Assembly: GCA_013265495.1 (NCBI GenBank)
Contig: MU058636.1
Location: 5,367,741-5,431,740, forward strand
Origin: Vicugna vicugna
Lineage: Eukaryota
Direction of reading: 5' to 3'
DNA: 64,000 nt
Both the position numbers and the translations under genes were made by a program. This document shows, in pieces, positions 25,741 to 39,730 of this stretch; within the stretch, counting starts at the first letter, position 1; every line of letters begins with the position of its first letter. The notes under the pieces are model-generated. The model did not search any database, had not been told where the DNA came from, and worked only from the letters and a program-made list of their open reading frames with translations.

Positions 25741-27959
25741 TGGAGGAGCTGAGATGCTCTGCTTTTGTTCCAAGTGTCCCCGGGCACCCCGCTTTCACCA
25801 GCATTGCTCTGTGTCCATCCCAGACCAGAATGGACTGCTATCCCTTGTGTTTCTTCCCAGCAAAGGACCTCCAGATACTGCTGGTCAAAGGTCTTTGGCG
25901 AAGGTAACTCTGGACCCTGGAAAACCTCTCTTGCTTTTTTCTCCTTTATTATTTGATTGAAAGAGGCTGAAAGGCACCTACTGGGTTGTCATAGCTTTCT
26001 GTTCCACTCCATTGAGAACTCTGCTGGTACTGCTGCTGGGCCTGAGGATGAACTGAGCGCCAGCCCCAGTCTTAATCAATAACAAATCAAAGACATGAAA
26101 TCTCATGCAACTTAGAGGCTTTCCGGATGGATTTGGAATAGGGTTGGGAAGTCAGATCTGGTCCAGAGTCATTCCCAATCCGGACTACTCTGGGAGAAGG
26201 AGGGTGTTTCTGGTGATGAGCAAAAAGGCTCATGTGCCCTCAGGAGCAGACTGGGGCCTCATTCAGTCTGGACCACCCAAGATCTCCCTGGATATGCCCC
26301 GGTGGAAACCCAGCTCCCTGAGGCTGCCCCACTCGTACCTCCAAAGGAATCATCCAGTCAGTCCACGACGGCACCCGGGGGAAGAGGTTATGCCTTCAAT
26401 TAGAGTAGAGTAATGCCTCTCCTGAAATGTAACCACACTAGAGTAGAGAAATCCCTTCTCTTGAAACATAACTACACGCAGCTATGACTATTTTGGTTCT
26501 TAGGAGCAGAGGGAAAATGTGTGGCGTACTGGAGTGACCTTATTTGGACACTAGATTTAGCTGAGTCTGCCGAGAAGACCTTCCTGTGAGTAAATTACTC
26601 TGCTTAGTTAAAGCATCTCCTTCCTTGAAGATGTAGATTGTTGGACACCTCCTCCAAGAAGCCTTCCCTAAACCTACTTACGGTCTCTACCACTCCATGA
26701 TCTCTGGCCATCTTGAATGATTTGACCTGTTATATGTAATCATGAATTCCATCTCTCTGTTAACTTAAAGTCTGAGCACAGAGAATTTGTAAACAGTAGG
26801 GGCTCAGTATAGGTTTGTGGTGGTTGTGGCTGTTACGGCCACTGTTAGTAACTAATATAAAAGTAGCTTGTATATGGGCCAGTTGATGATTGATGATGAT
26901 GATGATTGATAGCCCTTGTTCATTTCTAAAGACCGGAAAGCAGCCTGGGGGAAAGGAATGAATATCTCCAATGGATAAAGTAAAGGCAGGAACAGATAAG
27001 GGAAAGAAGAAAGCAAGCTGAGATCCGAGCCCCCCTGAGGGTAGCAGTGGAAGGCAGAGTGGAGGATGGGCTGACTGGAGGGGTCCCTGAGCAAAACTCA
27101 AGTATCAAACCTCAAAGTCTCAGTTTCCTCATCCAGAAAATGTGCACCATGTTACATATACTATTCAGAGCAGCTTAAGAATGTGAGAGAAACTCCAGGC
27201 CAAGGAAGGGCATTTTGTTTACTGCTGTAATCCTAGTTCCTGGCACAGGGCTTTGGACTTGACTCTGTGTTTACATTTGTTGAACAAAATAAATTACGTA
27301 CATTGACAAAAAGCAGGCACTTAAAAACTGGAGCTATTATTATCGACTGAAATGAGTACCTTTCATATTTCCCACTGACATAGTCAAATGGCAGAAGAAA
27401 ATAAACAGGTGTCCTCTATGAATTTATTTGACATTTCCACCTTTATAGAGGACAAGTAGAACATGCCCACACTTATTTTACTACAGAAAGCTTTCCCTCA
27501 AATTTTAAGAAAACCAGTGCTCCAAGACGTACCCTCCTGTAGCTTTTATACTCCGGGACATTCTGCGGGGATGAAGGGGCTCAGATGTAAATTTTAAAAA
27601 GAATTTTCACTTTCAGAGAGATGATTTATCATTATATTTTAATAGCAGTGTCCCTAAACACTAGAAAATGTGAGGCTCAAGAAAATTCCAACTCCACTCG
27701 AGACAGGATGACATTGCTGGACCTGGAAGTTCGACTAGAACGAACTGAGACGCAGAAGGCAATGGACAGCTGACTACTGGTCAAGCTTAAGACCACAAGA
27801 CAGTGGCAGGATCTGCTCAGCAACACAGAATGCTGGCTTGAAAACACAGACCTTCTTAAATACATTTCTACAAAATAGCAGGAGCTGCGACATTCTGAAG
27901 GCAATTTGGGCATTTTATTCGGGAATGTAACCAGCCCCCTTCAAAGATAACTTCAGACA

Positions 27960-28535
27960 GAGAACCCAAATTTGATCACTCACTCTGCTGCTTAAAATCC
28001 TTCAGGGCTCTCAGATCCTTCCAAAGTAAAATGCGAACTTCAGAGGACAGCGTACAACTCTCCAGCTCAGCGTGGGTCCCTGGCATGTCCCAAGTTTCAG
28101 CTGGGCACATGGCCTGGCCCGGGAGGTACCGAATAACTCACAGCTCCCGAAAACTGCCCCCTCCAGCCACCCCCATCCTCTGCTCCCTGTCAGTACTTTT
28201 CCTAAGTCTAGAATGACTTGCTCCCTGTGATCTGACCAGCTCATTCTTACTCTTCCTCCCCCCTCTATTTCCTTCTCAGCTCTAGTGTAACCTTCCCTGT
28301 GAAGTCTGTCCTGACCACTGCTCCCTGCCTCTCAGGTGAGGAGCTCTCCCCGTCTCTCCCGGGCACCGTCTGTGTACGCCTGGCCCAGCACGTACTCCAG
28401 CACTGGCACTGGGACGCTCGGTTTATTCTGCTTTGCTGTTTCCCTTCACAGGCACGGTCTTTGCATAGCCTGTGCCAGCACAATGCCCAGCACCTCAAAG
28501 GGGCTTGATTAATGTCTGTGCGGTGAACTGAGGAA
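27960..28535 (+). mobile_element. L2 LINE 3' end hosting the beta-like exon in antisense
   Basis: gatcactcactctgctgcttaaaatccttca...tcagctctagtgtaaccttccctgtgaagtctgtcctgaccac...ccagcacaatgcccagcac...gcttgattaatgtctgtg...tgaactga is a degenerate L2 3' terminus. Confidence 0.7.
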
Positions 28536-28546
28536 GCTTCTAGCAC
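28396..28546 (-). other. STARD13: Candidate alternative first exon orthologous to the human STARD13-beta N-terminus; GTG in place of ATG; coding status uncertain
   Basis: Translates (V/M)LEASSVHRTDINQAPLRCWALCWHRLCKDRACEGKQQSRINRASQCQCW. My recollection of human beta is MLEPSSVLHANVNQAPLWCLVLRWCRECKDTVCGGKQKSRVNHTFQRR. It ends at TGGA|gtacgt in phase 1, compatible with the 11810 acceptor. Confidence 0.7.
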
Positions 28547-31500
28547 ACAAGCTCAAAGAAACTTAGAGCAAGAAGTAAACGATAGTCCTCTCTCATGCTT
28601 CCAGCCACTGACGGTGGGGAAGAACCTCACTGCTCCCCAGTGACCTGTGAAGCATCAGCAAAGATTCCAAACCTCCACACTTCCTTTCCTTGTTGTTTTC
28701 ACTCACACTGAAACAGGAACACCATGGATTTGCATCACAGCCTGGAAACACAGTCACAGGGAGAAAGGGTTTTGTTTGGGACAGAAAGAACCACACGCTT
28801 TCTCATGAATCAAACCCCTAAATAGAACAAAACGTAAAGTGGAGCATGTCCCACTCAGATGAGGTCCTAACCCTCCCTTTGGTGCAAAAAGTGCCCTCGT
28901 GCATCATGGTGGTACTAATGGACCATGTTCATAACCACTTCAAATTTTTCACCTCTCTTCTCCATCAACTGTGGTTTCTATTTAGAGTCTAAACAGTATG
29001 TTGCTAGTTACATAGTCCGTAGTGCCAGTTACTTCATAACACAATAATGGTAGCAGCAAATTTAGAGTATTGGAAGTTAATAACTCCAAGTCAGCAAAAT
29101 ACAAAAGCAACTCCATACCTCTCAGGTCTACCGAATTCTAGGTTTTAAAATTCTCTTTGGCATAATGGTTTCTATTAGCAAAAACCTAGACAGCACTAAA
29201 TTGCCAATAAATTCTGCCAGAAAACTCCTGTGAAATTCTGCTCCGAGGATTTACAACCATTCTTTTTAGGTTTCATAGATACCTCCTTGTTGTCAGCCAT
29301 GCTGTGAAAATAGATGGGAAACAGTTCACAGCGGTGCTTTGAGATGCTTGTCTGGGAAAGCGGGGGAGTGTCCCTAATGCTGATGTCACTGTCATTTCTG
29401 AAATTCCAGCCCTGGCCACTCTCCCATCTGCGCTGCTTTTTGAATCTGGAACTCTCTCTCCCAGCCTTCCCTCACTACCCACTCACCTGACCCCTGGGGG
29501 CAGCGTGAGTCACTTCCTGTCCTTTAAACTTGGGGCTGAACTTCCCCTCCTGTGACGGCCTCAGACGCCTCAGACGGGGGGTCATGAGGAGGACTGGGAG
29601 GGGGAGGGACGCCTGGAAGGCAGGCAGAGGGCAGAGGAGTCCCTCTCCCGCCTCCGTCTGTATTAGAGAGGGAGCTGCCGAGCACTGCCGGTTCTTGAGT
29701 GTTTAGCAGATAATTATCGCCATCACGGTAATGAGCTGAGGTGAGCATTATTTACCACTAGATTTCCCTCCAGGATCCTGATTCCCCTCTTCACCCTTCC
29801 ACTGCCTATTTGCAACTTCAGAAAGGATGGAGGATAAAAAGACATAAAAAGCAAATCCATCAATCTTACATACATGAAAAGTCTGATGGGGCAAATCTGA
29901 GACTACTTAAAAATAAGTGGTGGGACGGGCACCTTATTTGCCATTAATATTAATAAGCTGGACATGAGTCTTAGCTTTCTAGGTCAGTTTTTCACCAAGG
30001 GAAAAGTTCTACAATGGTAAATATTTTTAAATTGAGAATTTAAAAATAATACTGTGGCAGAGAGGAAAACAAACACATGGGTGGACTATGACTGCCAGCC
30101 TCCCTTGTAGGGAGGCCTGTGAAGGAGTTCTTTGCAGGGGCCTGTGGGTAAATCTGCCATGTGATCTACCACCCCGCCCTTCTCCACCCACCAGGAGATG
30201 TGCCAGTGCCCAAGAGCTTCGTGTTGAGTTCGGAGAGCCTCAGTTGATCTATGTCTGGAGAAATGTCTTATCCTCAATGTGAGCAGGTAAGAAACTTTTA
30301 GCTGGTTGAGATTGTGACACTTTGAGGACAGGGACCTCTGTCTTATTTGACATTGAATCCCCCATGATTGGAAAAGAATATCCCTTTATGCCTGAAAAAG
30401 AGTAGGTATCTGGCCAGTGTTTATGGAACAATGGACGCTAAATGAGTCATACGCATATGTACATAAAGAATCAAAATGCACACAGAAAGTTAATTCTGAG
30501 AAAAAACTTCTGGGGATGATTTGCTCCTACACACACATAATCAATGTCACTCTAAATATTACTCAAAAACTCTTTTGTCTTTTATGTCTATTTTTGTTTT
30601 CATGGAAAGCATCCAACTTTCAATATGCACCGCACACTAAGAAAGATTGTGAAATAGCTTCTTTTGAAAAGGATTCCATTGAGTCCCTTCTGCCCAACTT
30701 ACCCCTCCATCCCTGAACGTAAATTAGATCTCAGTTGATTGAACAGGTTTATTTCACTGCTCATCAGTTTTACAGAATCAAATGCATTTAAAAAACAGTT
30801 CAGGGTTATCCAGACTTTAATGAGGGGACACTAACTGTGGGCAGGTTTCCTGGCTCCATGTTCTCTCCATAAAGAAACTTCTTGCCCCCATCAGACTAGC
30901 TCTTGAGTCCATGAAAATGACACATGGTAAGATACTTTGACTTAGTAACAGACCCCACAAATCCCTTATATATTTATATTTCTTTTCAGGCTAAACTTGC
31001 TTTCTAGGTTTGACTATGAAATACTAAGACAACACTTGGTGTTTCCTTTTTAAATAATTGTGACCAGATGCTGGGACTGATGCTTAGGGACTGCCAGGGG
31101 TATGCCAATGATTCCACACCTTGTTTTTATGTTTCTCTTCTGTCATTCAATAATGTTTCGTTTCCTTTCTTTTTATTGTTTAAAAATTAACACCAGGAAT
31201 AACTTGGTGCCTCATAAAATCATAAGAAAGTGCTACAAATCAAGATTTTAAGAACACCTTTAGTATATTTGCAAGAGGTGATAGCAGGTACATTTAAAAT
31301 GTGGTTGGAATCTCCAAAGTGGCTTTATCTTTTAACACTAGTATTTAATGGTTAGATATAACAGATTTTTAGTTATTAAAAAAGAGGCAAGAGAGGGAGG
31401 GAGGAAGGAAAGGAGAGAAGAAGGAAAAAAGGAAGGAACTCCAGCAATAAGCTATCTTTCCTAATTACCTAAACAAATGCAGTCCTCTGGCTGGCACGTG

Positions 31501-33974
31501 GACAGTCAGTCTAGCACTGGTATCCAGGACACTGGTATTTGATTACCTGGCTACTGTGTACGAGTGACCTTCTGACAAAGAAAGAACCTATTGTTCGTCT
31601 TTCCTGTTTCTATATATTGGTGCCCTTATTATGGATGGTGTCCAGTTCTTAGCAATTGCTCAAGTCAGAAATTTTGACAATTTCTCAGTTTTAACTGAGT
31701 AGTTTTTTTGCTTGGCTCCATTCCTCTCCCATCTACAAAATGGTTCTCTGCACCCTTTGTCCTGTCCAGGGTATTCTGGATTTCTAGCAGTTCAATGACA
31801 GTCATCGACTAAAATGACCACTTTAAGGCTCACCTTTCTTTCAACTTCCGCCCACTGTAAATCACTTTAAACACTACTGCAAAAAGGATGATGCCAAATC
31901 TAACTCTAAATTTATGTTATTTTAAAATTTAGCTTCCCACCCCTCTCCGGGATAAAACAAGCTTGTCACTGTGCTAGGTACCCCGTGATCACCCACGAGT
32001 AAATATTTGGCTAAAGTTCACTGTAGTTAATGAATGCCTGTTTGGGCTTCATTTTGCCCTGAACTCGTTTTATTTAACAAATATTTTAAAGAGGTACTGA
32101 GATAGGCCCCAAAACAAAACCCCAAATATTTTTAAGCCCGTGGCTCTTAGCACCACCCCCGTGATAGACCAAAAATAGAGGATACAGTTGGAATACTGCA
32201 GACATCTCTCAGTGTGCCAATATAAGTAACATATTCTTTTAAAAAATCCAAGCATTCAGAACAAAGAAAGAAAGAAAGAAACAAAACCCACTGTTATTCC
32301 AATGCATTATTATACTCAAGTTTTCAAAAAAGGCTTTGGAATTTTGTAAACAATTTACAAAGTATATTTATTTTAATAAGTTATGACATAAAAATAGTTA
32401 CTAGACTGAAGCCATGTTAAAGAAAAAACTGTATACACGATTTTTAACTTTTTAAGTGTATTTTTCTTTGGGAAGCTTTGACGATTAGCCCACCATGGAT
32501 TACTAGCTGTGAAGCTAAGTAATTTCAGAAGGCTTTGAATTTATTTACTTGTTTTAATTTGCTTAGTCATAGTTTAGCTATTGTTACCAAGAGGTTTATA
32601 AAATTGTCCTTTTAATTTTTGGGGGGGGAAGGGGGAAACATACATATTCAGGAAATTAGGGGAAAAAAAGAGAGCCTGTAGGAATCAAAGACTTTTATGG
32701 AACAAGTTTTTGCCCCAAAGGAGAGGCAAGAGATGCCAAATAAAATGATCAAGGAGACAGCTGGCTGTGTGACTGTGGGCACAACACTAATCTCTCTGAT
32801 CCAGTATTATTGCCAGTAAGATGAGGTCTCTTTGAGTGCTCCAAAATGCTGATTTGTAAGGTGAAATGTTATGCTGACAATATCAGACATCAGTGAGGCC
32901 AGTGCCTCTTCAGAACAATGTGAGAGGACTCCAGAGAAGATAGACTGGACCTATGTTCTGGCTACATGATTGCAGACCATAGCCACACCCAGGCTAACAA
33001 TCCAAGGAAACCTGTAGCACCGTCGCAGGAGAGGTAAAGTTGGTCTAACACTTTGTTGCTAGGAAAGCACTGCTGACGCTCTCAAATCCAGACTGTTTAT
33101 GTGATTTCATACTGTGGTCTCTGACCCAGCAAGCAAAGCATCCTGGGAAACCACAGCTGCAGCTCTGGGTCTTTGTCCCGGACATCAACCCCTACTGGTT
33201 CCTCTTTTTCAATTTTATTCTTAAATGTAGTATTTCTGCTCTTTCTTTGTTTTGTTGTCCAATTCTAATAAAGACAAGAAGACAGACAGGATACTGACTG
33301 TAGGGAGATGAATAAAAGTGTATTTTTTTAAGGCAGTCAGTTATTATAAGATAGTTATTAAAGTGTCTGGGTAAATGACCTCATACTGCACGCAGCCTGC
33401 AAATCAGCCAGGCCATCTGGCCCTTGGTGCCTATGCCTTGAACTGCTTTCTCTGAAATGGAGTTACAGGAATCTGTGAATTGGAGTCGCTCCATTTTTCA
33501 GCAGTTCACACAGCATCTGACACCATGTCAGGCACACAGTGGTAAAACTTGTTTTGGCAACTTACTAAATAGTTATTATTGGAAAGGCCAAAGAGAAAAA
33601 AAAAATCTCGAGCCCGTGAAGACTTTAGGCATCTTTTAGTTTGACTGGAGATAAACATTTGCTATAATTGGAGTATTTGCTAAATGGGGAATAAGCTACT
33701 TAGAGTCTAACTGTATATTAGTAACTTTGCTTCCATTATTCCTTAATTTGTTTATCATGATCATGCACACTTGTTACTGGAATTTGTTTTCTTTGAAATA
33801 AATATTGTCCCTAGAATATTGCAGTTTTTAAAATGCATATTCACGAATGTTCTCCCTGATATAAATTATATGAGGAAGGTTTATAGGGCCCACAGCATCC
33901 GATTCTTGTTTAAATTCTCTCTCATGCTGCTCAAATATTCTGCTAGAAGGTGTCTGCATTGTTACTGTTGATAT

Positions 33975-34190
33975 TGTGTGCTGGGCACTGATGCTAAATG
34001 CTTTATGCTCTCATATGCGACGGCTCATTTAATCCTCACAATAACCTCTAAAATGGTAGGATCATCCCCATCTTATACAGGAAGAAACTAATGCTTCAAG
34101 AGGCTAAATAAGGTGCCAAGGCCACACCATGGGGATGCTATAAGGCAAACCAATGGCTTCCACTCCAATTCTAGTCCTTAAAATTCACAA
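33975..34190 (-). mobile_element. MIR SINE
   Basis: tgtgtgctgggcactgatgctaaatgcttta...ctcatttaatcctcacaataacc...atccccatcttatacaggaagaaacta. Confidence 0.75.
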
Positions 34191-36929
34191 CTAAATGGGA
34201 GTAAGTAATATACACAGCAGAGCTCTTCTAAATCCTTTTGAAAAAAAATAGAATATAAATTATAAATAATTAAGCAACCAAAGGAAAGAAACAGTCTACT
34301 CACATAATTCCCCCATATATTTATTCATACTTTAATCAGCCATTAAATACATACGAGAATCCAAGGAACAGAAACAAAGGTCACCTACATGGCAGCACTT
34401 ATATTGATAAAAACGAGGGTTGTCAGTGATTACAAGGAGGAGAAAAGCTGAATTATCACACAGTATTTTTCTGAAGGTCTTGACTCCCTGCAGAAAGTTC
34501 TAGGTGGAAATACTAGGGCTCCTGTCAGAGGAGCAGAAACAACGAGGGCATCAGAATGGTGTAGTTACAGGACATGAACCCAGAGAAAGCAGAGAAGCAG
34601 TTTCTCAGGTGTGATCTGAGCCTGCTGACTCTCTAAGATAGAAAAAAACCATCACCACTTTTGGGACGAGCAGTAGGAAAGGGTGCATAGTGCCAATGAT
34701 GGTGTCAGGATTCGAACCCAGATCCTTCTGAGCCAGAATCCTGCCTCCTTTCTGCGACGCCACGCTGCTCAAAGTGGTCCTGCTGCAGAGTTTTTGCGGT
34801 GCAAGAGCTTGCAGAGGGCAAACAAGGAAACAAAGAAGAGGACCCTAACTAGGGAGGCAGGGGAGAGAAAGTACACAGAGCCCTAAAACAAATGAGGTTT
34901 ATCTGACAATCTGTACTATTAATTAAATTTAGCTACCTACCAGCTAAGTACTCTGCAGCTCCATGGTGATTATCAAGCCAGTCAGAATTTTTAATGGTGC
35001 TGATAACTAAGTTGAGATAGGATTATGCTTTCTCCCTCTCAGGACTGAAGCAAAAATGTTCCTTTAAAGCTGAGGTTTCATGTTGTTGTTTTCTCAATTA
35101 GTAACTAGTCCAGAATTATCCCTGAGATCTCAAGGACTGTTAGAGCTTATTTTTACTTATATAGGGTAGAAGAAAGAAACAATTCTTCCTAGGTAGAAGC
35201 AAGAACACAGAAACATGCTTCTCTTGGCCCCTTGTCCCTCAATCTGGACTTATATTCAGTTGATTCAACTCAGCAGAAAAGCCACAGGAATGGGCAATAG
35301 ACACAGCCCATACCTAATAACCTGATAAATAAATAAATAAATACAAATTTGATGATTTTACAACTATAAATATAGTTTACTTTTAAAAACATTTAAGATT
35401 GTTAAAAATGTTAAGCATTACTTTAAAATTGTGTGTTAAATGAGTTTTTGTAAATAAATTTTAATTTAAATATGGACAGCTAGCTAATATTTCATTTGGA
35501 AATATTCTGCTATGAAATCCTGTTTACTAAGGACGTTAACCTTTTCACTGTAAAGAAGTGTTCTGACTGAATCTTGACACACAAAAAAGCCAATCCCGAT
35601 TTATGTATTTTGGAAATGTAGATTCTTTTATGGTAAGAGAATATGAAATAGGTTAACCAGCATTTGTTTTACGTTTGAAAGTACTTAAACATCACTTTAA
35701 AGTATTAAAATTAAAGTATTTAACATAGGATGAAATTGCTTTAATATAAATTAGACATAACTTGTATGTTTGTTAATAGAAAACTTTTCAAACCTATAAT
35801 GCTTTGTTAGTTTGGGGCAGAATATAGCACAAATTCAAAATAACGAACAATTAAGATAGAAAGAAAAATTCCCAGATATGGGCTTCCTTGGAGAAAGTAA
35901 AAATGGATTTTTTTAAAATGAGAAATAAATGATAAACTGCTTTTTTAAAAGGAGATGATATATGCTGTTAGTCATTAAAAAAATGACCACAGCTACCGTA
36001 CAGACTTTGACTCACATTTCTCTGGTGACACAGCCCCCTCCTGTATAAACATATGCACATACCAATATGTTATGTGAACTGCAGTCTTGTAGTGACTTCA
36101 AGGAAAAACTTGTTTTTATAAAAGAACTCGTATTTTCCCATGCTTCACTTCTTGTGCAAGAACTTTCATGGGATTTGAGCAAACTGTGTTTTATTTATTT
36201 CCCTTTGTTCTTCCCTTCTTACTGGAAGAGAGCATTATCTGGATGTAATCATGTTCAAGGAGACCAAGGAGATGATTTAAATCAATGGCTGACAGTGAAA
36301 ACGCCTAATCCTGCCCCGACTTTGGATGTAGCAACTGAATTTTCCTGGGACAACACATCCATTTACGCCAATGCAACATATGAACCCCCGGGAAGGATGC
36401 TGTTTCTGCTGCCTCCAGTTCCGTCCCTGCAGACTTAGCCTCCTCCCCGCTCCTCCCCCAACCTCAGCTGCCGGAACCTGAAGCTCTAAAGCGGCGGAAA
36501 CACAACGTGAAACCCCTGGCCTCCGCCACTCCAGGCCCTGAAGACTTTGCGTTTCTCTCAGCTGCTACCCCTTAATTCGCCGAATCATCGTTCTTACTCA
36601 GTAAGCCTGCCTATGTCTCAGCCACCTGGAGCTGACAAATATTTTCCTAATAGGAAGGATGCCATAGCAACTAGATTTGTGGCATGGATACAAAGCAGGC
36701 AAGATGGTGCTACAACTTAAGGTGGGAAACTGACATATAGCACCTATGACAATATTATCCCAAAGAGTGTCTTGAGAACTCAAAATTCATTATTTTTTAG
36801 AACTAAGTTCTTTAGACACAAGACTGGAAATTATTACCCTAGACCCTAAGAGAAGGAAGACAGTAATTAAGATTGGATCGATCTTACGTTTCACATCTGT
36901 CCCTTTCTTACAAGCAATGCCACCTTAGA

Positions 36930-37085
36930 CACATGAATGAATCTCTTTGAACCTCAGTTTTCTCATCTATAAAATGCAGATAACAATCCTGCCTCAAAGG
37001 ATGGCTGTGCGGATGAAATGAGGTGATATCTACACTGTGGTTGGCAGATGAGAAGCACATCATAACTCATAGCTTGTATCATTAG
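36930..37085 (+). mobile_element. MIR SINE
   Basis: ctctttgaacctcagttttctcatctataaaatgcagataacaa...ggatgaaatgagg. Confidence 0.7.
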
Positions 37086-37914
37086 GTTAAGGAGAGAGGC
37101 AATGAATATTTACAGGACACAAGGGCAATGGTCTCCAAAATAGCACACAGATGAATATATTAGAAATTTCTGTTTGTGCTTATTTTAACACAATTTCCTT
37201 TAAGTATTTTTAGATATTTTAAGAAATAAATTGCTATGCCAGGATTCAATATCGGGATTTGATACAAGGTACCCTTACTTAAGCTGCAAGCCTGCTGGTG
37301 GCTTCTAGAGGGTGGGTGGGACTTGGATGGTGTAGGGGGCTGGCATGGTAACAGTCATATGCACATGCTCACTTTCAGTAGCACCATGTGTCCTGATGTA
37401 CTGCAATACACACGTACCCGACTGAGAAAGTATAAGGAATACATTGCTTACTTTGAACCAAACCAACCCTCACAAAATGGAGAAGCAACTTAAAAAGATT
37501 CCTGCAGAGAAATCAGGGAGAGAAGATAAAATTAATTACCAGCATAAGCAGTCGACAAGCAAGTGACAAAGCTGAAATTTCCCTACCTGCAATACCGGCA
37601 TTGTACCAATCACACCTACAAGGCGAGAACGATGGAAACATACTCAGACCAGACAAGAAGTCCGCTGGAGTAACTAACATCGTCTGGAAGATTATTTGAA
37701 ATAAGAAGTATGGAGTTGCTGATGAACCGTGGCCTTGCTGACTTGAGACAGTGACAGTGGAACATGTATATAACTTGTAAAATACAGATAGGTAGATAGA
37801 TATATTGGAACCGCTGCTCAAAACCTTGTCATTGATAGGCATGTACGTTCAAAAGAGGGTGGAGCCACTGTGCCGGGGAACAGAGCGGGCATACTGTAGG
37901 GCCGTCTCGGATTG

Positions 37915-38150
37915 TACGCTTCCCAACCTTTTTTTAAAAACATGGCCCACACTGTATTTGTCCTGCACAATGGGATAAACTACAAGGCTGCTGGAGGCCC
38001 AGGGTTATTCACCAGGGCCTCTGGCTATGCCAGGCCCTGCTCAGCCAGCCCAAGGGCTGAGGGGATTAGTCCCTTCAGCAGACCTATAACCCATTCAGAG
38101 CACACCCACACCCCAAGAGACACATCTCAGAGCACATTGGTTGCAAATTC
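37915..38150. mobile_element. Possible non-autonomous hAT-Charlie element
   Basis: Begins gcttcccaacctttttt...catggcccacac and ends ggttgcaaattc, which look like degenerate Charlie-type terminal inverted repeats. Family not resolved. Confidence 0.4.
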
Positions 38151-38569
38151 AGTCCTGTAGACAGATTTAGGCAGGGCTAAAATTATTGAAGAATACAGCT
38201 ACTTGATTCTAATGGAATCAACTCTATAGAGAAGGGGAGAGAAAATTAAAAAAATATATACGGACCTCTTAAAATTCAGCCCAATAAAATCTGTTTGTCT
38301 CCCAAGTGGGCTTGTTGTGAGGTGTTTCATGTTATACTATCTCGTTCTCTACAATCTGATAAAGGAACAAATTGTTTGTATTTGGAGATGCTCCCTTTCC
38401 CCTGTCAGGGAACACACGCTACTCAGCATTCAGTGCGGTTCAGCACTCAGCACAGCACTACATGCGCAGTAAGTGCTAACACGGGTCTTCTCAACAAGCC
38501 ACGGTTAGGCTGAAAGCACTGCTCCTCATTCACACCCAGGAAGGTTCCTTCCCTGTTCCTCTCAGCAGC

Positions 38570-39730
38570 TAGTCTAAAACTTTGCCACTGATTACCAATT
38601 CCCAGCCCTCATCACATGCAATTTACTCACTCTTGGCTGATTTCATTTCTTCCTTCGATGAGGTCATCGGGACATTCCTGCACAGCTGTCTTAACGCCAA
38701 GTACATGGACCTGAGTCATCTAGTGTAAACCCTACTCCCCAGTCGTCTTTGATTCCTCTCTTATTAACCAAACCCACCAGTCCCAGAGGGATGCTTCTGT
38801 TGAAACAGCTCCCCTCTTTCCTCCCCCTTCTGCCCAACACTGGCTCAACTAGACAGCCGACTCTTGAGCACCAGACCCTTTGCCTTTACTGTTTCCTCCA
38901 TCTGACGTGTTTTTGCCTCAGAATCCACAACAGACACTCTCTTTCACTCTCCTTCCTTCACATCTTCACTCAAGTCACTTTTTCACAAAATTTAATCCCT
39001 CTTGCTCACATTTATACCTCCTTGTCCTGTTTTATTCTTTTTCATCAACTGTCACTAAAATAAACATCGTTTATTTATGTTGCTCGTTGTCTGTCTTCCC
39101 CACTAGACTGGAAGCTCCACGAGGGCAGGAAACTTTGTTTTCCTGTTTTGCTTACTGATGTATTGCCATAGCCTAAAATTGGGCCTAAGGCACAATGGGT
39201 ACCCAGTTAACATCTGATGACTGAGTGGAAGAATGGATGGATTATCACAGTGGACCTTTGCATGGTGTTACTGCTTCCTCTCCAATTTTCCTCTCGCTTT
39301 TCAGCTTCCTTTCTCCACGCAGCTATCTCCCCATACAACCTAAAGTCTCATCACGCTGGGCATGACACATTTATTCTTGAACACATATGGCACTTTATAG
39401 ACTTTGTGTTTTTTGACATACATCCTTTTGTGTCTGAGTGTCTGTTTCCCACTTTGCCCTCAACTAACATCTATTGGTGTTTCCAGGCCATGCTCAAGTG
39501 TCATACTGTCTGCGAAGCTTTCCCATTCGTCCAATGAGATTTAAACATGTACTCCATAGTGTACTGCCCTGTGCCTCTAATTAGTATAAAAGTCTTCATC
39601 CCTTGAATTGTGTCTGTATCTGCCTCCAAGATGGGACTATAACGTCCTTGAGCAGGCATTATAGGCCTGTCTTCTTTTCATAGTTCCTCACACATAGTAG
39701 ATGATCAATAAAGGTTTGCTGAAATGAAAT
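38570..39730 (+). mobile_element. Two adjacent L2 3' fragments
   Basis: tgtctgtcttccccactagactggaagctccacgagggcagg...gaatggatgg near 39.1-39.24 kb, and a second end cacatagtagatgatcaataaaggtttgctgaaatgaa near 39.7 kb. Confidence 0.65.

Noticed and set aside
32940..33190. Possible old LTR fragment
   Set aside because: Too degenerate to assign a family or boundaries by eye.
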